From NCBI GenBank assembly GCA_027491075.1, contig JAIXWX010000016.1, positions 22,582-86,581 of the forward strand: DNA of 64,000 bases. Reading direction: 5' to 3'. Origin of the DNA: Flavobacteriales bacterium. Its GTDB lineage: Bacteria > Bacteroidota > Bacteroidia > Flavobacteriales_D > Sanyastnellaceae. Of the stretch, positions 52,601-61,467 are shown piece after piece. Positions within the stretch are counted from its first letter, which is position 1; every line of letters begins with the position of its first letter. The notes beneath the pieces are model-generated. The model had not been told where the DNA came from, searched no databases, and saw nothing but the letters and a program-made list of their open reading frames with translations. The position numbers and the translations under genes were made by a program.

Positions 52601-55272
52601 GAGTACAATTCGATAATACCACCATTACCGATGTCGCTTCCCTTGAGTGGGATTTTGGAGATCTACAAACAGGGAGTGGAACCTCAACCTTTCACACCTA
52701 TCCACTAGGCATCTATGATGTGGTATTGACTATTACTAACACACTTGGATGCACCGACAGTTTGGTTGTTGCGGATATATTTAATTATTCCAACATCATT
52801 GGCCCTTATGGTGTGAGTTTAGACGAAACACCCTGCGCACCATTTCATGTTGAGTTCAGTGCCTTTAACAGCGCTGATACCAGCTTCTCTTATTTCTGGG
52901 ACTTCAACGATGGAAATGGAGATCCTACGGGCAGCACAGAGGTGGCGCATGATTATCTATTGCCCGGAACGTATTGTCCTCAACTCATTATGACTGATGA
53001 AAATGGCTGCCAAGTGCTTGTTCCATGTGAAAATCCCATTGTTGTAGAGGAATTCTCTATGTCATATCAGCAACCTTCCTCGATATGCGAAGGTGATTCG
53101 ATTTTATTTGAAGTATTCAACGCATCTAGTTACAGTTGGAACACCTTGAACGGGATAAGCTCAACAACCAGCGAAGGAGTCTTCTACCTTCATCCTGAAC
53201 AAAGTTTTTCTTATTTACTCACTGGGACATTGGATGATTGCACCCGCACCGACACCATACACGTTGACGTCAACGCATTGCCCGAAGTGAGTCTTTTAGT
53301 TCCTGAGGCTGTTTGCTATTCCTCACCGGTGTTTTCTTTGGATGGGGGATCGCCGATCGGATCCTCTGGGTTCTATACCGTCAATGGCTTTCCGTCTTTA
53401 AACTTTGATCCTTCCATGTCGGCTGGCGAGTTTCATTCTGTCCATTATCAATTTACAGACAGTTTGGGTTGTTCTACCACAGCCGCCGATTCTATTTTCA
53501 TTCATACACTTCCTGATGTTCAATTAAGTGAGTTTGGCCTTGTTTGTGAAAATTCTGGTATCATGAATCTTACTGGAGGAATTCCTGTTGGCGGAAGCTA
53601 CTACGTGAACTCTACTTCAGCCATTGCATTCGATCCAAGCATTGGACATGGCGCTTATGAAGTGCTTTACAGTTATACAGATGATAATGGTTGTGAGAAT
53701 TCCGATCAAGAAACGTTGGTTGTTAGAGCCGTTCCTCTCATAGACTTTCTCTTTGAAACCATTTGCTTGAATGAGCCATTTAACCCGATTCATACTACAA
53801 GTGCGGCTGACGGGGAAATTATTTCTGCTCAGTGGCAGTTCTCCAATAATATTCAATCTGAAGCCATTTATCCAGAAAATATTTTCTTCCCAGAGGCTGG
53901 AACCAAAGATGTTTCCGTCACCTTCTACACTGCACATGGTTGTTTTTCGTCTGCAGACACCACATTGCAAGTGCTCGTAATTCCTCATGCCGATTTCATT
54001 TTAGAAGATGGTTGCCAAGACACCGATCTTTCCTTTTCAAGTCAGTCGGAGATCAGCGAAGGAAACATAGTAGCCTGGGAGTGGACGTTTGAAAGCAACA
54101 CCTTCGATGACGACCAGCAGATCACGTATTCCTATTCCAATTGGGGTATTTTGCCTGCCCAGCTTGTGGTGTACAGCAACACAGGATGCAGCGATACTCT
54201 ATTGCAAATGGTAAGTGTTTATCAGGCACCCGAAGTTTCCATTGTAGCTTCGGATGTATGTTTAAACGCCGTTGCAGAAGTGTATTCCAATGTTGAGCTC
54301 GAGGTTGGACAAGTTCAGGAATACGCGTGGGATTTCGGCGATGGAACCTCAGAGCCAAACACTGTCAATGCAGAAAATCTCTATTCCGCGCCAGGTGAAT
54401 ATACCGTTTCCCTCACAACGGTTTCCAACTTGGGGTGTGTGGGCCAGGCCGACACTGTTATCACTGTATTTCCTTTACCAGTAGCGGATTTTGCCATCGT
54501 TGATGATTACTTGTGTGCTGGTGAGCTTGTTGAGTTCATCGATCTCAGTAGCGTGAGTTCTCCTTCATCTGTGACAGAATATCAGTGGTATTTGGATGAA
54601 ACTCTTGTAAGTTCATCACAAAATCCATCCTTCATTTATACACATCCTGGTCACTATCATGTAAAGCAGCGAGTTTATTCGAGTGAAGGTTGTATCGATG
54701 ACACGACTTTCCATTTTTCGTTACAAATCAAACCCAGGCCTATTGCTGGATTTCATTTGGAAAATGAGGCCATGAACATGATACAATCCACTGTTGAAGT
54801 AGATTCAGACGCAAGTTCAGACGTTCATCAATGGGTGTACGATATGGGCGATGGGCAGCTCATTGCTGGCGAAGACATACAACACGAATACAGCGCTCAT
54901 GGTCAATACACGATTACCCAGTACGTAGAGAATCCATTCGGCTGTCGCGATACAGCGCACTCGAACGTCCATGTTGCGCCTGTGCTTCTCATATACACTC
55001 CCAATGCGTTTACACCAGATGGAAATGGAAACAACGATGTTTTCCGACCCATTATAACTGGCACGGAAGTGCTCGAATACACATTGAAGGTTTTTGATCG
55101 TTGGGGTCGATTGGTATTCGAAACAGCAGATGTAGAAGGAAGTTGGAATGGTCAATGGATGAATAGTGGGGACATTCTTAAAGATGGGGTATATAATTGG
55201 GTTATGACCATCAGAAGTGTTGATCAACCCGTGTTGGACACAAGGACCGGAACGGTGACTCTTTTAAAGTAG
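49630..55272 (+). CDS. giant PKD-repeat surface protein with T9SS type-B (gliding motility-associated) C-terminal domain
   Basis: The 1880-aa protein has a hydrophobic N-terminus (ILTVLILSTISSLGLSQ) and about 15 PKD-like units marked by W.F.DG motifs. The in-frame upstream sequence is closed by a stop at 49603 and has no ATG or GTG, so TTG 49630 is the only standard start. Confidence 0.85.
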   Translation: MNITNILTVLILSTISSLGLSQVTIQAEDPSGCAPFGVIINVTQPTSGISTYSWTITTPSGSILTASSPQYISIFNTPGTYDVSLTINGSQTVTHTDFITVYARPIASFSVDDPSGCYPHCVQFSNTSVAGSAPITSTSWDFGNGNTSNEISPSYCFPAAGNFSPILSVADANGCFSNYSAPTPIQVHSNFPNASITTSTPVVCGAPGTHQFLNGSTGNSALSYTWSFGDGQTSTSSSSSINHTYDAEGVYQACIVATDSEQCSNEDCISVSVLNNPVATFTTTDNELCTGQPLGFNPSAAPQATSVQWDFNGDGVIDNTSYSPSFTYTSPGIYETVLIAQFGGGCSSTFTGSPILVHPGILLSISAEQTAGCSLPFETNITATVVGEGPFTYDWLINGAVAGNTPVIHPTFNSLGTYGVTLIVTNSNGCAAGAAQGGMIQISETALSFSVPEQICHGDSLVPTDISLSDGQEISTFSWDFDGDGIEDSDSAHPFHLYDQAGTYTVTLTVETSNGCVITTQAPHPVIAQAPLLPSFTSSTSISCAGEAVEFCIPSINGNTYSWNFHDQSGWITMSDTETCIEHMYEDTGYFDVSLSIVNGVCSLIDTLENYIYIEPPVALFEYSVDCQDLVTVTVSDQSIGAEGLSWDFGDGSPAVTNVTEYTHVYSQMGEYSIVLTATSSTMSCPDTKTHTLFLRPPLSTVTFSDTLGCGPLTFQLSENQYNAHWDVQVSNGDQLHIDWSDTQDMWHVQYSHADTTEDYYTAVGPFPSLVLTEEGCYNFTIQAVNEFGCPSSAYYENAVCVLSDADFADFQIIPIETCDSVAIQFIANDANIVSTAWTFNDGQSATGSDILHVYTPPYDYATGITATLSAEDIHGCTSVITRAIPIDLPAIPAFSVTGTPNCENTPISFESTSQGSISQTEWIFGDGNQLIGGTSVTHSYAESGYYDVCLQVTSASNGCVREVCSDNIVHINNPAVEFTYTTSINNCLLGVQFDNTTITDVASLEWDFGDLQTGSGTSTFHTYPLGIYDVVLTITNTLGCTDSLVVADIFNYSNIIGPYGVSLDETPCAPFHVEFSAFNSADTSFSYFWDFNDGNGDPTGSTEVAHDYLLPGTYCPQLIMTDENGCQVLVPCENPIVVEEFSMSYQQPSSICEGDSILFEVFNASSYSWNTLNGISSTTSEGVFYLHPEQSFSYLLTGTLDDCTRTDTIHVDVNALPEVSLLVPEAVCYSSPVFSLDGGSPIGSSGFYTVNGFPSLNFDPSMSAGEFHSVHYQFTDSLGCSTTAADSIFIHTLPDVQLSEFGLVCENSGIMNLTGGIPVGGSYYVNSTSAIAFDPSIGHGAYEVLYSYTDDNGCENSDQETLVVRAVPLIDFLFETICLNEPFNPIHTTSAADGEIISAQWQFSNNIQSEAIYPENIFFPEAGTKDVSVTFYTAHGCFSSADTTLQVLVIPHADFILEDGCQDTDLSFSSQSEISEGNIVAWEWTFESNTFDDDQQITYSYSNWGILPAQLVVYSNTGCSDTLLQMVSVYQAPEVSIVASDVCLNAVAEVYSNVELEVGQVQEYAWDFGDGTSEPNTVNAENLYSAPGEYTVSLTTVSNLGCVGQADTVITVFPLPVADFAIVDDYLCAGELVEFIDLSSVSSPSSVTEYQWYLDETLVSSSQNPSFIYTHPGHYHVKQRVYSSEGCIDDTTFHFSLQIKPRPIAGFHLENEAMNMIQSTVEVDSDASSDVHQWVYDMGDGQLIAGEDIQHEYSAHGQYTITQYVENPFGCRDTAHSNVHVAPVLLIYTPNAFTPDGNGNNDVFRPIITGTEVLEYTLKVFDRWGRLVFETADVEGSWNGQWMNSGDILKDGVYNWVMTIRSVDQPVLDTRTGTVTLLK
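54985..55269 (+). other. T9SS type-B C-terminal sorting domain (encoded region)
   Basis: The region reads YTPNAFTPDGNGNNDVFRPII...YTLKVFDRWGRLVFE...WNGQ...DGVYNWVMTI. This matches the gliding-motility-associated CTD (TIGR04131-type) pattern. Confidence 0.85.
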
Positions 55273-56337
55273 ATCTGCTATAATTTTCAGCAGCGCCAAC
55301 TTTCTTTTTTCTAGAGAAAAGTTACGCATTAAATGATCCTTCATTTTTAACGCGTGCGATGCAGAGGCCATTTGATGAGCTCTACCCACTGCTTCCGAAA
55401 GTTCTCTTGCTGATTTATTCTTGAGAATTTCACCAAAACCTCCCGCTATTTCTGGCATAGCTGCGACGGGCGAAACTACAGGAACACAACCGCACATCAT
55501 TGCTTCGCACAGCGCATTTGGAAAGCCTTCAGAAAGTGAGGCTTGAACCACTACCGATGAAGTGCGAAGGAGTTCGGCCAATTTCGTTTGTGGGAGCGCT
55601 GCATAACACTTTACGTTTTGCGGTACATCCTTCAGAACGTCTCCTACAATAATCCATTCGAAGTCTTTTGATATCTCCGCTGCTTCTAGAAAAACATCTA
55701 CCCCTTTTAATATTTTTCTTCTATCCTCTGCACAGCCGGCAGCGATAGTAATTACTCTTTTATCGTACTCGTCTCTATCATTGGCATGAAATACATCATT
55801 GCTGTCGTAACCATTGAAAACTGTAGTACTCGGTGTTTTTAGGTTCTTCACATACGCCCTAATGCCCCGCTGCTCCGGCTTCGATGTACCATAAATCACT
55901 GTGTCCTGTATCAATGAGTCATGCACAGGAATCAGTCTATCGGTAAGTCTATAGGACCACGCTACGGCGTGTTTCATCCATTGGTTTGCAAAGGCTCCAT
56001 ATCCTATTTGTGGAATGGCAACCGCGTCATATCCGCCAATCAGTACGGCAGATTTTGCTCTTGAACATCTCGCGATTAATGTGGGAAAAAGCGAGTGATA
56101 ACCACCGAACTGCACAATAAAAATTCGGGATTGCCATCGATAAATCAATAGCAATAAAGCCTGACGCAAGAGATAAAATGGGAGAAGAGGTTTCCATTTT
56201 ATATCAAATGGCAATTCGATTACTTCATAATCATTAGAAAAAATAGCTTCGTCCTTCACCACAAAAGAAGAGCGATTGGGATAGATATAAACAAGCTTTG
56301 GTTTCTTTTGAAAGGGGTGGGGCGCCATGGATTGCAA
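55264..56337 (-). CDS. GT-B fold glycosyltransferase (GT4-like)
   Basis: The C-terminal donor-binding block reads VVVQASLSEGFPNALCEAMMCGCVPVVSPV (E-x7-E type). The 3' end overlaps the PKD gene by 9 nt. The start could be 56337 or 56328. Confidence 0.8.
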   Translation of the reverse strand: MQSMAPHPFQKKPKLVYIYPNRSSFVVKDEAIFSNDYEVIELPFDIKWKPLLPFYLLRQALLLLIYRWQSRIFIVQFGGYHSLFPTLIARCSRAKSAVLIGGYDAVAIPQIGYGAFANQWMKHAVAWSYRLTDRLIPVHDSLIQDTVIYGTSKPEQRGIRAYVKNLKTPSTTVFNGYDSNDVFHANDRDEYDKRVITIAAGCAEDRRKILKGVDVFLEAAEISKDFEWIIVGDVLKDVPQNVKCYAALPQTKLAELLRTSSVVVQASLSEGFPNALCEAMMCGCVPVVSPVAAMPEIAGGFGEILKNKSARELSEAVGRAHQMASASHALKMKDHLMRNFSLEKRKLALLKIIADLL

Positions 56338-56363
56338 AACTACGACTTACCTTCGCACACACC

Positions 56364-57824
56364 ATGAAATTGAGCAAGCCCGTTATTCAATCGTTTCTCT
56401 TCACTGTTGTGGGGGCGTTGCCGTTTTTAAGTGCCTTGGTGCTATTGCCTTTCTACAGCAACTACTTAAGCACTGAAAATTTCGGTCTTCTCAGCGTGTA
56501 TATTTCTCTTTCGTTATTGTTTCAAATCCTTACTTCATTCGGTGTGGAGCAGTATGTCCCCGTTCTGATCAATGAGCGTTCAGGCCCTCCTTCGATAACG
56601 ATTCAAAAGGTGTTTGGCCTACAGTTGGTGTTTGGTCTTTCAGTGGTGGCCATCGCGTTGCTTATTGGCGATTGGGTGCTATCATTTTTTTATGATCAAA
56701 ACACCTTATCCTTCTTTCCTTTTGGTTTAATGAGTGTGGCTACTGGTTTTCTCAATGGCTATTTTCGAAGTGAGACTACGTATCTGACCTTTAATCATGA
56801 AATAAAGCGTTATTACTTCGCCAATTTTTTCAACTTTCTAGTGACCCTGGTTCTTTCGATCGCGTTTATTCATTTATGGGGAAATGATTTGATGGGTCCC
56901 ATGCTTGGGCGGCTTTTGTCTGGTGTTCTAATTTTCATTTTAGCGCTTGTATATCAATCCGCGTCACGCTTCCCTCAGATTGATTTTGGCGCTCTTTTCT
57001 CCATTGGAAAAATTACAAGTTTGATGTTCGGCTATACCCTTTTGATGTGGGTGCTTAGTTACATTGATCGTTTTATTCTCACGGCAAAGATTTCTATGGA
57101 TTCCGTTGCAGTATATGACTTTGCCACGAAGTGTTTACTTCCCGTAGAGTTTGTTATGATAGGGCTTAACAATTTTATTCTCCCGAGAATTTATTCCAGT
57201 TGGTCTGGCAATTTGGAACATCCACCTATGGAGCGCGCTAAAACGTTGTTGCATGGGCTTACTGTGGCTGCTGTATTTTCAATCAGCTTTACCCTTGTTG
57301 GTATTCCACTCATTGCTCCTATTGTTGTGAAAAATAGCGCGCTTTATGAAAGTTTTCCTTTGATGGGTATTTTGGGAATTGCTTATCTAACCCGAGCGAT
57401 GTTTAGCTTATACTTAGGAATACTAATGTTGCGAAAGGAGGTATCTGCAGTGGTCCGTGCATTATTGTTTAGTGCGTTGATTCACTTTGTTTCCCTGCTC
57501 ATATTTGTGCCCACTTGGGGAGTAGAGGCGGCGTTGTGGTTGGGAATACTTTCAAAGGTGATAATGGTTCTTTTTTTACAGCGCGAGGTACGAAAAAGAG
57601 TACAGATGCAATTCAATGCACAAAAGCTCATTACCTACCCTCTACTTATGTCTTTGGTATTTGCCGCGACTTATTTCCTTTCGCCAAGGATGTCTTACAT
57701 ATACTTGAGTCTAGGCACGCTAATTCCTGCTTTTTTCTTTACTTATCTCTTCTTCAGAAAAGACTTAAAGCGGGCCTATGGCTTGATCGTGGCATCCTCA
57801 CAGGACGTTGATCCTGGAGCCTAA
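56364..57824 (+). CDS. Wzx-like polysaccharide/oligosaccharide flippase (MOP superfamily)
   Basis: It has about 12-14 TM helices, and the N-terminal pattern VVGALPFLSALVLLPFYSNYLSTENFGLLSVY is typical of polysaccharide biosynthesis proteins. I prefer the ATG at 56364 over the TTG at 56298. Confidence 0.75.
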   Translation: MKLSKPVIQSFLFTVVGALPFLSALVLLPFYSNYLSTENFGLLSVYISLSLLFQILTSFGVEQYVPVLINERSGPPSITIQKVFGLQLVFGLSVVAIALLIGDWVLSFFYDQNTLSFFPFGLMSVATGFLNGYFRSETTYLTFNHEIKRYYFANFFNFLVTLVLSIAFIHLWGNDLMGPMLGRLLSGVLIFILALVYQSASRFPQIDFGALFSIGKITSLMFGYTLLMWVLSYIDRFILTAKISMDSVAVYDFATKCLLPVEFVMIGLNNFILPRIYSSWSGNLEHPPMERAKTLLHGLTVAAVFSISFTLVGIPLIAPIVVKNSALYESFPLMGILGIAYLTRAMFSLYLGILMLRKEVSAVVRALLFSALIHFVSLLIFVPTWGVEAALWLGILSKVIMVLFLQREVRKRVQMQFNAQKLITYPLLMSLVFAATYFLSPRMSYIYLSLGTLIPAFFFTYLFFRKDLKRAYGLIVASSQDVDPGA

Positions 57825-58547
57825 TTCGTCGCGGTAGTTTCCTCCGACGGGGATTTCTTTATGCAGATCTTGGACCACCACATTTCCGCCAACGATGGCC
57901 TCTATTTTTTCCATGTTAACGATAAAAGAGCGGTGAACTCGTTGGAATATTCCCGCTGGCATCTTCTTCTCCACGTCCTTCATTGTAGCGTGAATGGTGT
58001 ATTTGTGGTCTTTAGTAACTACTTGCACGTAATCCTTAAGAGCTTCTACAAAATAGATGTCAGAGGTATTGAGTTTAATGAGTCGCGAGTGGTGTTTAAC
58101 AAACAAGAACTGTGCGTCCGTTTTGAAAGCAGACAATGATTTTAGCAGGTCATTTTCTACTTTAAGTTCTTGTTCTTTCTTGTGTTTATGCAACGCCATT
58201 TCGATGGTCGTATGCAGGTCAATTTCTTTGAAGGGCTTGAGAATGTAACCGTGTGGTTCGGTGACTTTCGCTTTATTCAATGTTGCTTCATCCGCGTAGG
58301 CGGTGAGGAATATGACGGGGATGTCAATGATTTTTTTTATTTCGTTCGCGGCCTCAATTCCAGTCATGTTTCCTTTAAGCATGATATCCATGAGCGCAAT
58401 TTCTGGCTTGTGTTCTTTAGCCATTTCAATGGCTTTCTCTCCGTTGTCAGCTTGCGCTATGACGTTGTATCCTAGTTTTGTAAGACTTCTTTCGATGTCC
58501 TTTCTAACTATGCTTTCATCTTCAACGATAAGGATATTGGTAGCCAT
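57798..58547 (-). CDS. LytR/AlgR-family response regulator (REC + LytTR)
   Basis: The receiver domain has ILIVEDE, the phospho-acceptor context IALMDIML, and the conserved Lys context ILKPF. The C-terminal LytTR domain reads IYFVEALKDYVQVVT...FQRVHRSFIVN. Confidence 0.9.
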   Translation of the reverse strand: MATNILIVEDESIVRKDIERSLTKLGYNVIAQADNGEKAIEMAKEHKPEIALMDIMLKGNMTGIEAANEIKKIIDIPVIFLTAYADEATLNKAKVTEPHGYILKPFKEIDLHTTIEMALHKHKKEQELKVENDLLKSLSAFKTDAQFLFVKHHSRLIKLNTSDIYFVEALKDYVQVVTKDHKYTIHATMKDVEKKMPAGIFQRVHRSFIVNMEKIEAIVGGNVVVQDLHKEIPVGGNYRDELGSRINVL

Positions 58548-58556
58548 TATGGGTGC

Positions 58557-61460
58557 TTACTTTTTTTCAAAATTAATTAAAAACGTGGTACCATTGTCTG
58601 ATTCTACTTGAATGGTTCCATCGAGCTGTTCGGTGAGAGAATAAACGAGTTGAATACCAAGGGAGTCATTCTTCTCAAATTTAAAGTTTTTAGGTAAGCC
58701 TACACCATCGTCGGCGATTCTCAGACTGATCTTTCCTTGATCCTCTTTCAGAGCGATGCTCAACTTGCCATTATCCCGGTCTTTGTATGCATATTTCAGT
58801 GCATTGCTTACCAATTCATTTACAATGAGTCCACACGGAATCGCTTGATCGATGCTCATTTCTACGAAATCTATGTCTGGTAAAAACTCTACTTGACAAT
58901 TGCTCAGTCGATAGCTTTGAATCAAATTGTAGCTCAGTGTTCTTATGTACTCCGAGAAGTTGATGCTTGAGAAGTCCGTTGTTCTGTAGAGTGTTTCGTG
59001 AATGAACGACATGGATTTAATCCTGTTCTGGCTTTCTTGAAGAATTTCCAAAGTTCCTTGATCTGTTACATAAGAGCTTTGTAAATTCAGGATGCTGCTG
59101 ATCACTTGAAGGTTGTTCTTCACCCGGTGGTGCACCTCTTGGAGTAGTACTTCTTTTTCCTTTAGTGAGTCTCTTATTTTTCTATCTATTTCTTTTCGTT
59201 CGGTATTATCATATACCAAGCAAGACACCTCTTCTTGACTGTCTCCGATGTATACTGGGTTTAGGAAAACTTGAAGCCAAATAATGGATTTCTCTTTATT
59301 TCTAAGTGGAATTTCAAATTGCTGAGGGCGCCCATCGAAAGCTTCTTGAAAGTAATCTAATTGTCCTTGATGGTAATCTTCATCGAGATGTTTTCTAAGT
59401 ATTTCGAGGATATCGGTACCTAAAGAAAGCTCTTCGTTTAATTCGGATGCCGCCCATGATGCCACATTCTGATTCATTGTGGTGATGGCATTGCAGCGAT
59501 CCATGGTCCACATCATCATGTTTTCCGTGCTGTTGAAGATGGATTCCAGTTTCGCTTTTTGCTCCATGGCCTTTCTTTCATTAGCTCGGTATTCCGTGAT
59601 ATCACGTGATACGCCCATCGATCCTATGATTCGGCCCTTATCGTTGCGAATTAAAGAAGCACTGAGATAGCTTGTGAATGCAGTGCCATCTTTTTTTTGG
59701 TTGACAATTTCTCCTGAAAATGTGCTGTTACTGCGCAGGGTATCTTTTACGAGTCGGCATTCATCTTGAGAGACATACAGCATGCGTAATGGCTGACCCA
59801 ATACTTCATGGATTTCATATCCAAACAGCTGTTGAGATGCATTGTTAAATTCGGTAATATAACCGTCTTCATCCACTGCAATAATCATGTCCAGTGAGCT
59901 TTCAATGATATTTCTATTGTAGTTCTTTTGCTCTTCGAGTTGCTGCTGTGTAAGCTTGTGCTCCTCAATTTCCCGCTTGAGAACAGTGTTGATTTCCTCA
60001 ATAATTCTCACACGCATTTGCTCTTGCACGAGCTGCATGCGTTCACTGATATTGTTTAAACTGATTTGAACAGACGGTCTGTTTTCATAGATGGTCAATG
60101 TTGACAGAATGCCCACGTCAATTTCTTTTCCAGACTCATCTTTGATACGTATTTCTTTATAATCCAACTCTTCCCCTTCGCGAACCGCGGAAAGATCTTT
60201 TCTTATTTCATTTTTATAGTATCCTGGGATATAATCCAAGAAAGGCTGATCGTATAAATCGTCCTCATCTTGTACGCCCAGAAGATGCACAGCTACAGAA
60301 TTGACATATTTAATTTTTTCATCCGTAAGAATAATGATAGCATTGGGTGAGTTTTCAAGAAGATTTTTGAATCGCACCACTGTTTGTTCGAGTGTAAATT
60401 CTGCCTTTTTTCTAGCAGTTATATCGTGCACAACCAGCACGGTTACGGCCTCTCCCTGATAAGAAATATTGCTTCCTGTTACTTCTAGAAACAAGAATTT
60501 CCCCGAGCGATCTAGCGCCCGTATTTCCGACTTATTCGCAGAAGAAATTTGAATACCCGCTTGTACTCTTGAAAGTTCCGGTTCAGGAAGGAATTCGTTT
60601 ATTTTCTTTCCTGAAATATCTTGTCTAGAAAAAAAACCAAAGAGCAAAGCAAACTGATCATTGACATCGATAATTGTTTTATCCTTTCTGATGAATACAA
60701 CCCCTTCGCTGGTTGCGTTGGCGAGCGTTTTGAACCTTTGTTCGCTTTCTTGAATGGCCTTTTCCGCTGCCTTTTGGGCGGTGATATCAATAATGGTCCC
60801 GCTGATAATCTTATTCCCTTCCGCATCCACTTCAAGGAATGTGTTTTCCAAGCATGTAATAACTACTCCATCTTTTCTTTTTAACTTAACCTCATAGTTT
60901 ACAAGTACTGATTGTTCGCTAATATCTCTTAAGAAACTTTGTCTGTCATTGGTTTCAGGATAGAAGTTTTCTGCAGAGAGAGAGAAAATTTCTTCCTGTG
61001 AATTCCAGCCGAGCATTCTGATGAATGCTTCATTACAGGAAATGAGGCTTCCTTCAAAACTAGTTTTATAAACACCTGCTACATTCTTTTCGAATAGAAG
61101 TTTGTATTGCTCAATTACGTTTCGCTCTTTTTTGGAAGTCAGACGAATAAGCCAATGTATGGTGTTTTCTACCTTGAGTTCTGTAATCGTGATGCCGTAT
61201 TCTGGGATACAATCAAAACCACTGTAGTATGAATAATTGGTAAGATCGTCTATGATTTGATCCAGTTTACTCTTTTCCATTTGGTGGTTTGCGAGCGCCA
61301 ACAATGATTTTCCCCTTACTACATCCGGGTGAGCTATTCCCAATTCTTTTGTAAAGGCTTTGTTGACTTCGATGATGGCAAAGGAATTCCTCTCCACCAA
61401 ACACAGGATGTCTGTAGGGTGGTCTAATATTTTATCTATCAGCGTAATGCTGTTGATCAC
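58557..61460 (-). CDS. cytoplasmic multi-PAS sensor histidine kinase (HisKA_2 + HATPase_c)
   Basis: The 967-aa protein has no TM helix and about 5-6 PAS/PAC modules. The H-box EVHHRVKNNLQVISSILNLQ places the second His codon at 59127-59129. The ATPase N and G boxes are NELVSNALKYA and DDGVGLP. Confidence 0.9.
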   Translation of the reverse strand: MINSITLIDKILDHPTDILCLVERNSFAIIEVNKAFTKELGIAHPDVVRGKSLLALANHQMEKSKLDQIIDDLTNYSYYSGFDCIPEYGITITELKVENTIHWLIRLTSKKERNVIEQYKLLFEKNVAGVYKTSFEGSLISCNEAFIRMLGWNSQEEIFSLSAENFYPETNDRQSFLRDISEQSVLVNYEVKLKRKDGVVITCLENTFLEVDAEGNKIISGTIIDITAQKAAEKAIQESEQRFKTLANATSEGVVFIRKDKTIIDVNDQFALLFGFFSRQDISGKKINEFLPEPELSRVQAGIQISSANKSEIRALDRSGKFLFLEVTGSNISYQGEAVTVLVVHDITARKKAEFTLEQTVVRFKNLLENSPNAIIILTDEKIKYVNSVAVHLLGVQDEDDLYDQPFLDYIPGYYKNEIRKDLSAVREGEELDYKEIRIKDESGKEIDVGILSTLTIYENRPSVQISLNNISERMQLVQEQMRVRIIEEINTVLKREIEEHKLTQQQLEEQKNYNRNIIESSLDMIIAVDEDGYITEFNNASQQLFGYEIHEVLGQPLRMLYVSQDECRLVKDTLRSNSTFSGEIVNQKKDGTAFTSYLSASLIRNDKGRIIGSMGVSRDITEYRANERKAMEQKAKLESIFNSTENMMMWTMDRCNAITTMNQNVASWAASELNEELSLGTDILEILRKHLDEDYHQGQLDYFQEAFDGRPQQFEIPLRNKEKSIIWLQVFLNPVYIGDSQEEVSCLVYDNTERKEIDRKIRDSLKEKEVLLQEVHHRVKNNLQVISSILNLQSSYVTDQGTLEILQESQNRIKSMSFIHETLYRTTDFSSINFSEYIRTLSYNLIQSYRLSNCQVEFLPDIDFVEMSIDQAIPCGLIVNELVSNALKYAYKDRDNGKLSIALKEDQGKISLRIADDGVGLPKNFKFEKNDSLGIQLVYSLTEQLDGTIQVESDNGTTFLINFEKK

Positions 61461-61467
61461 AGAGGTA

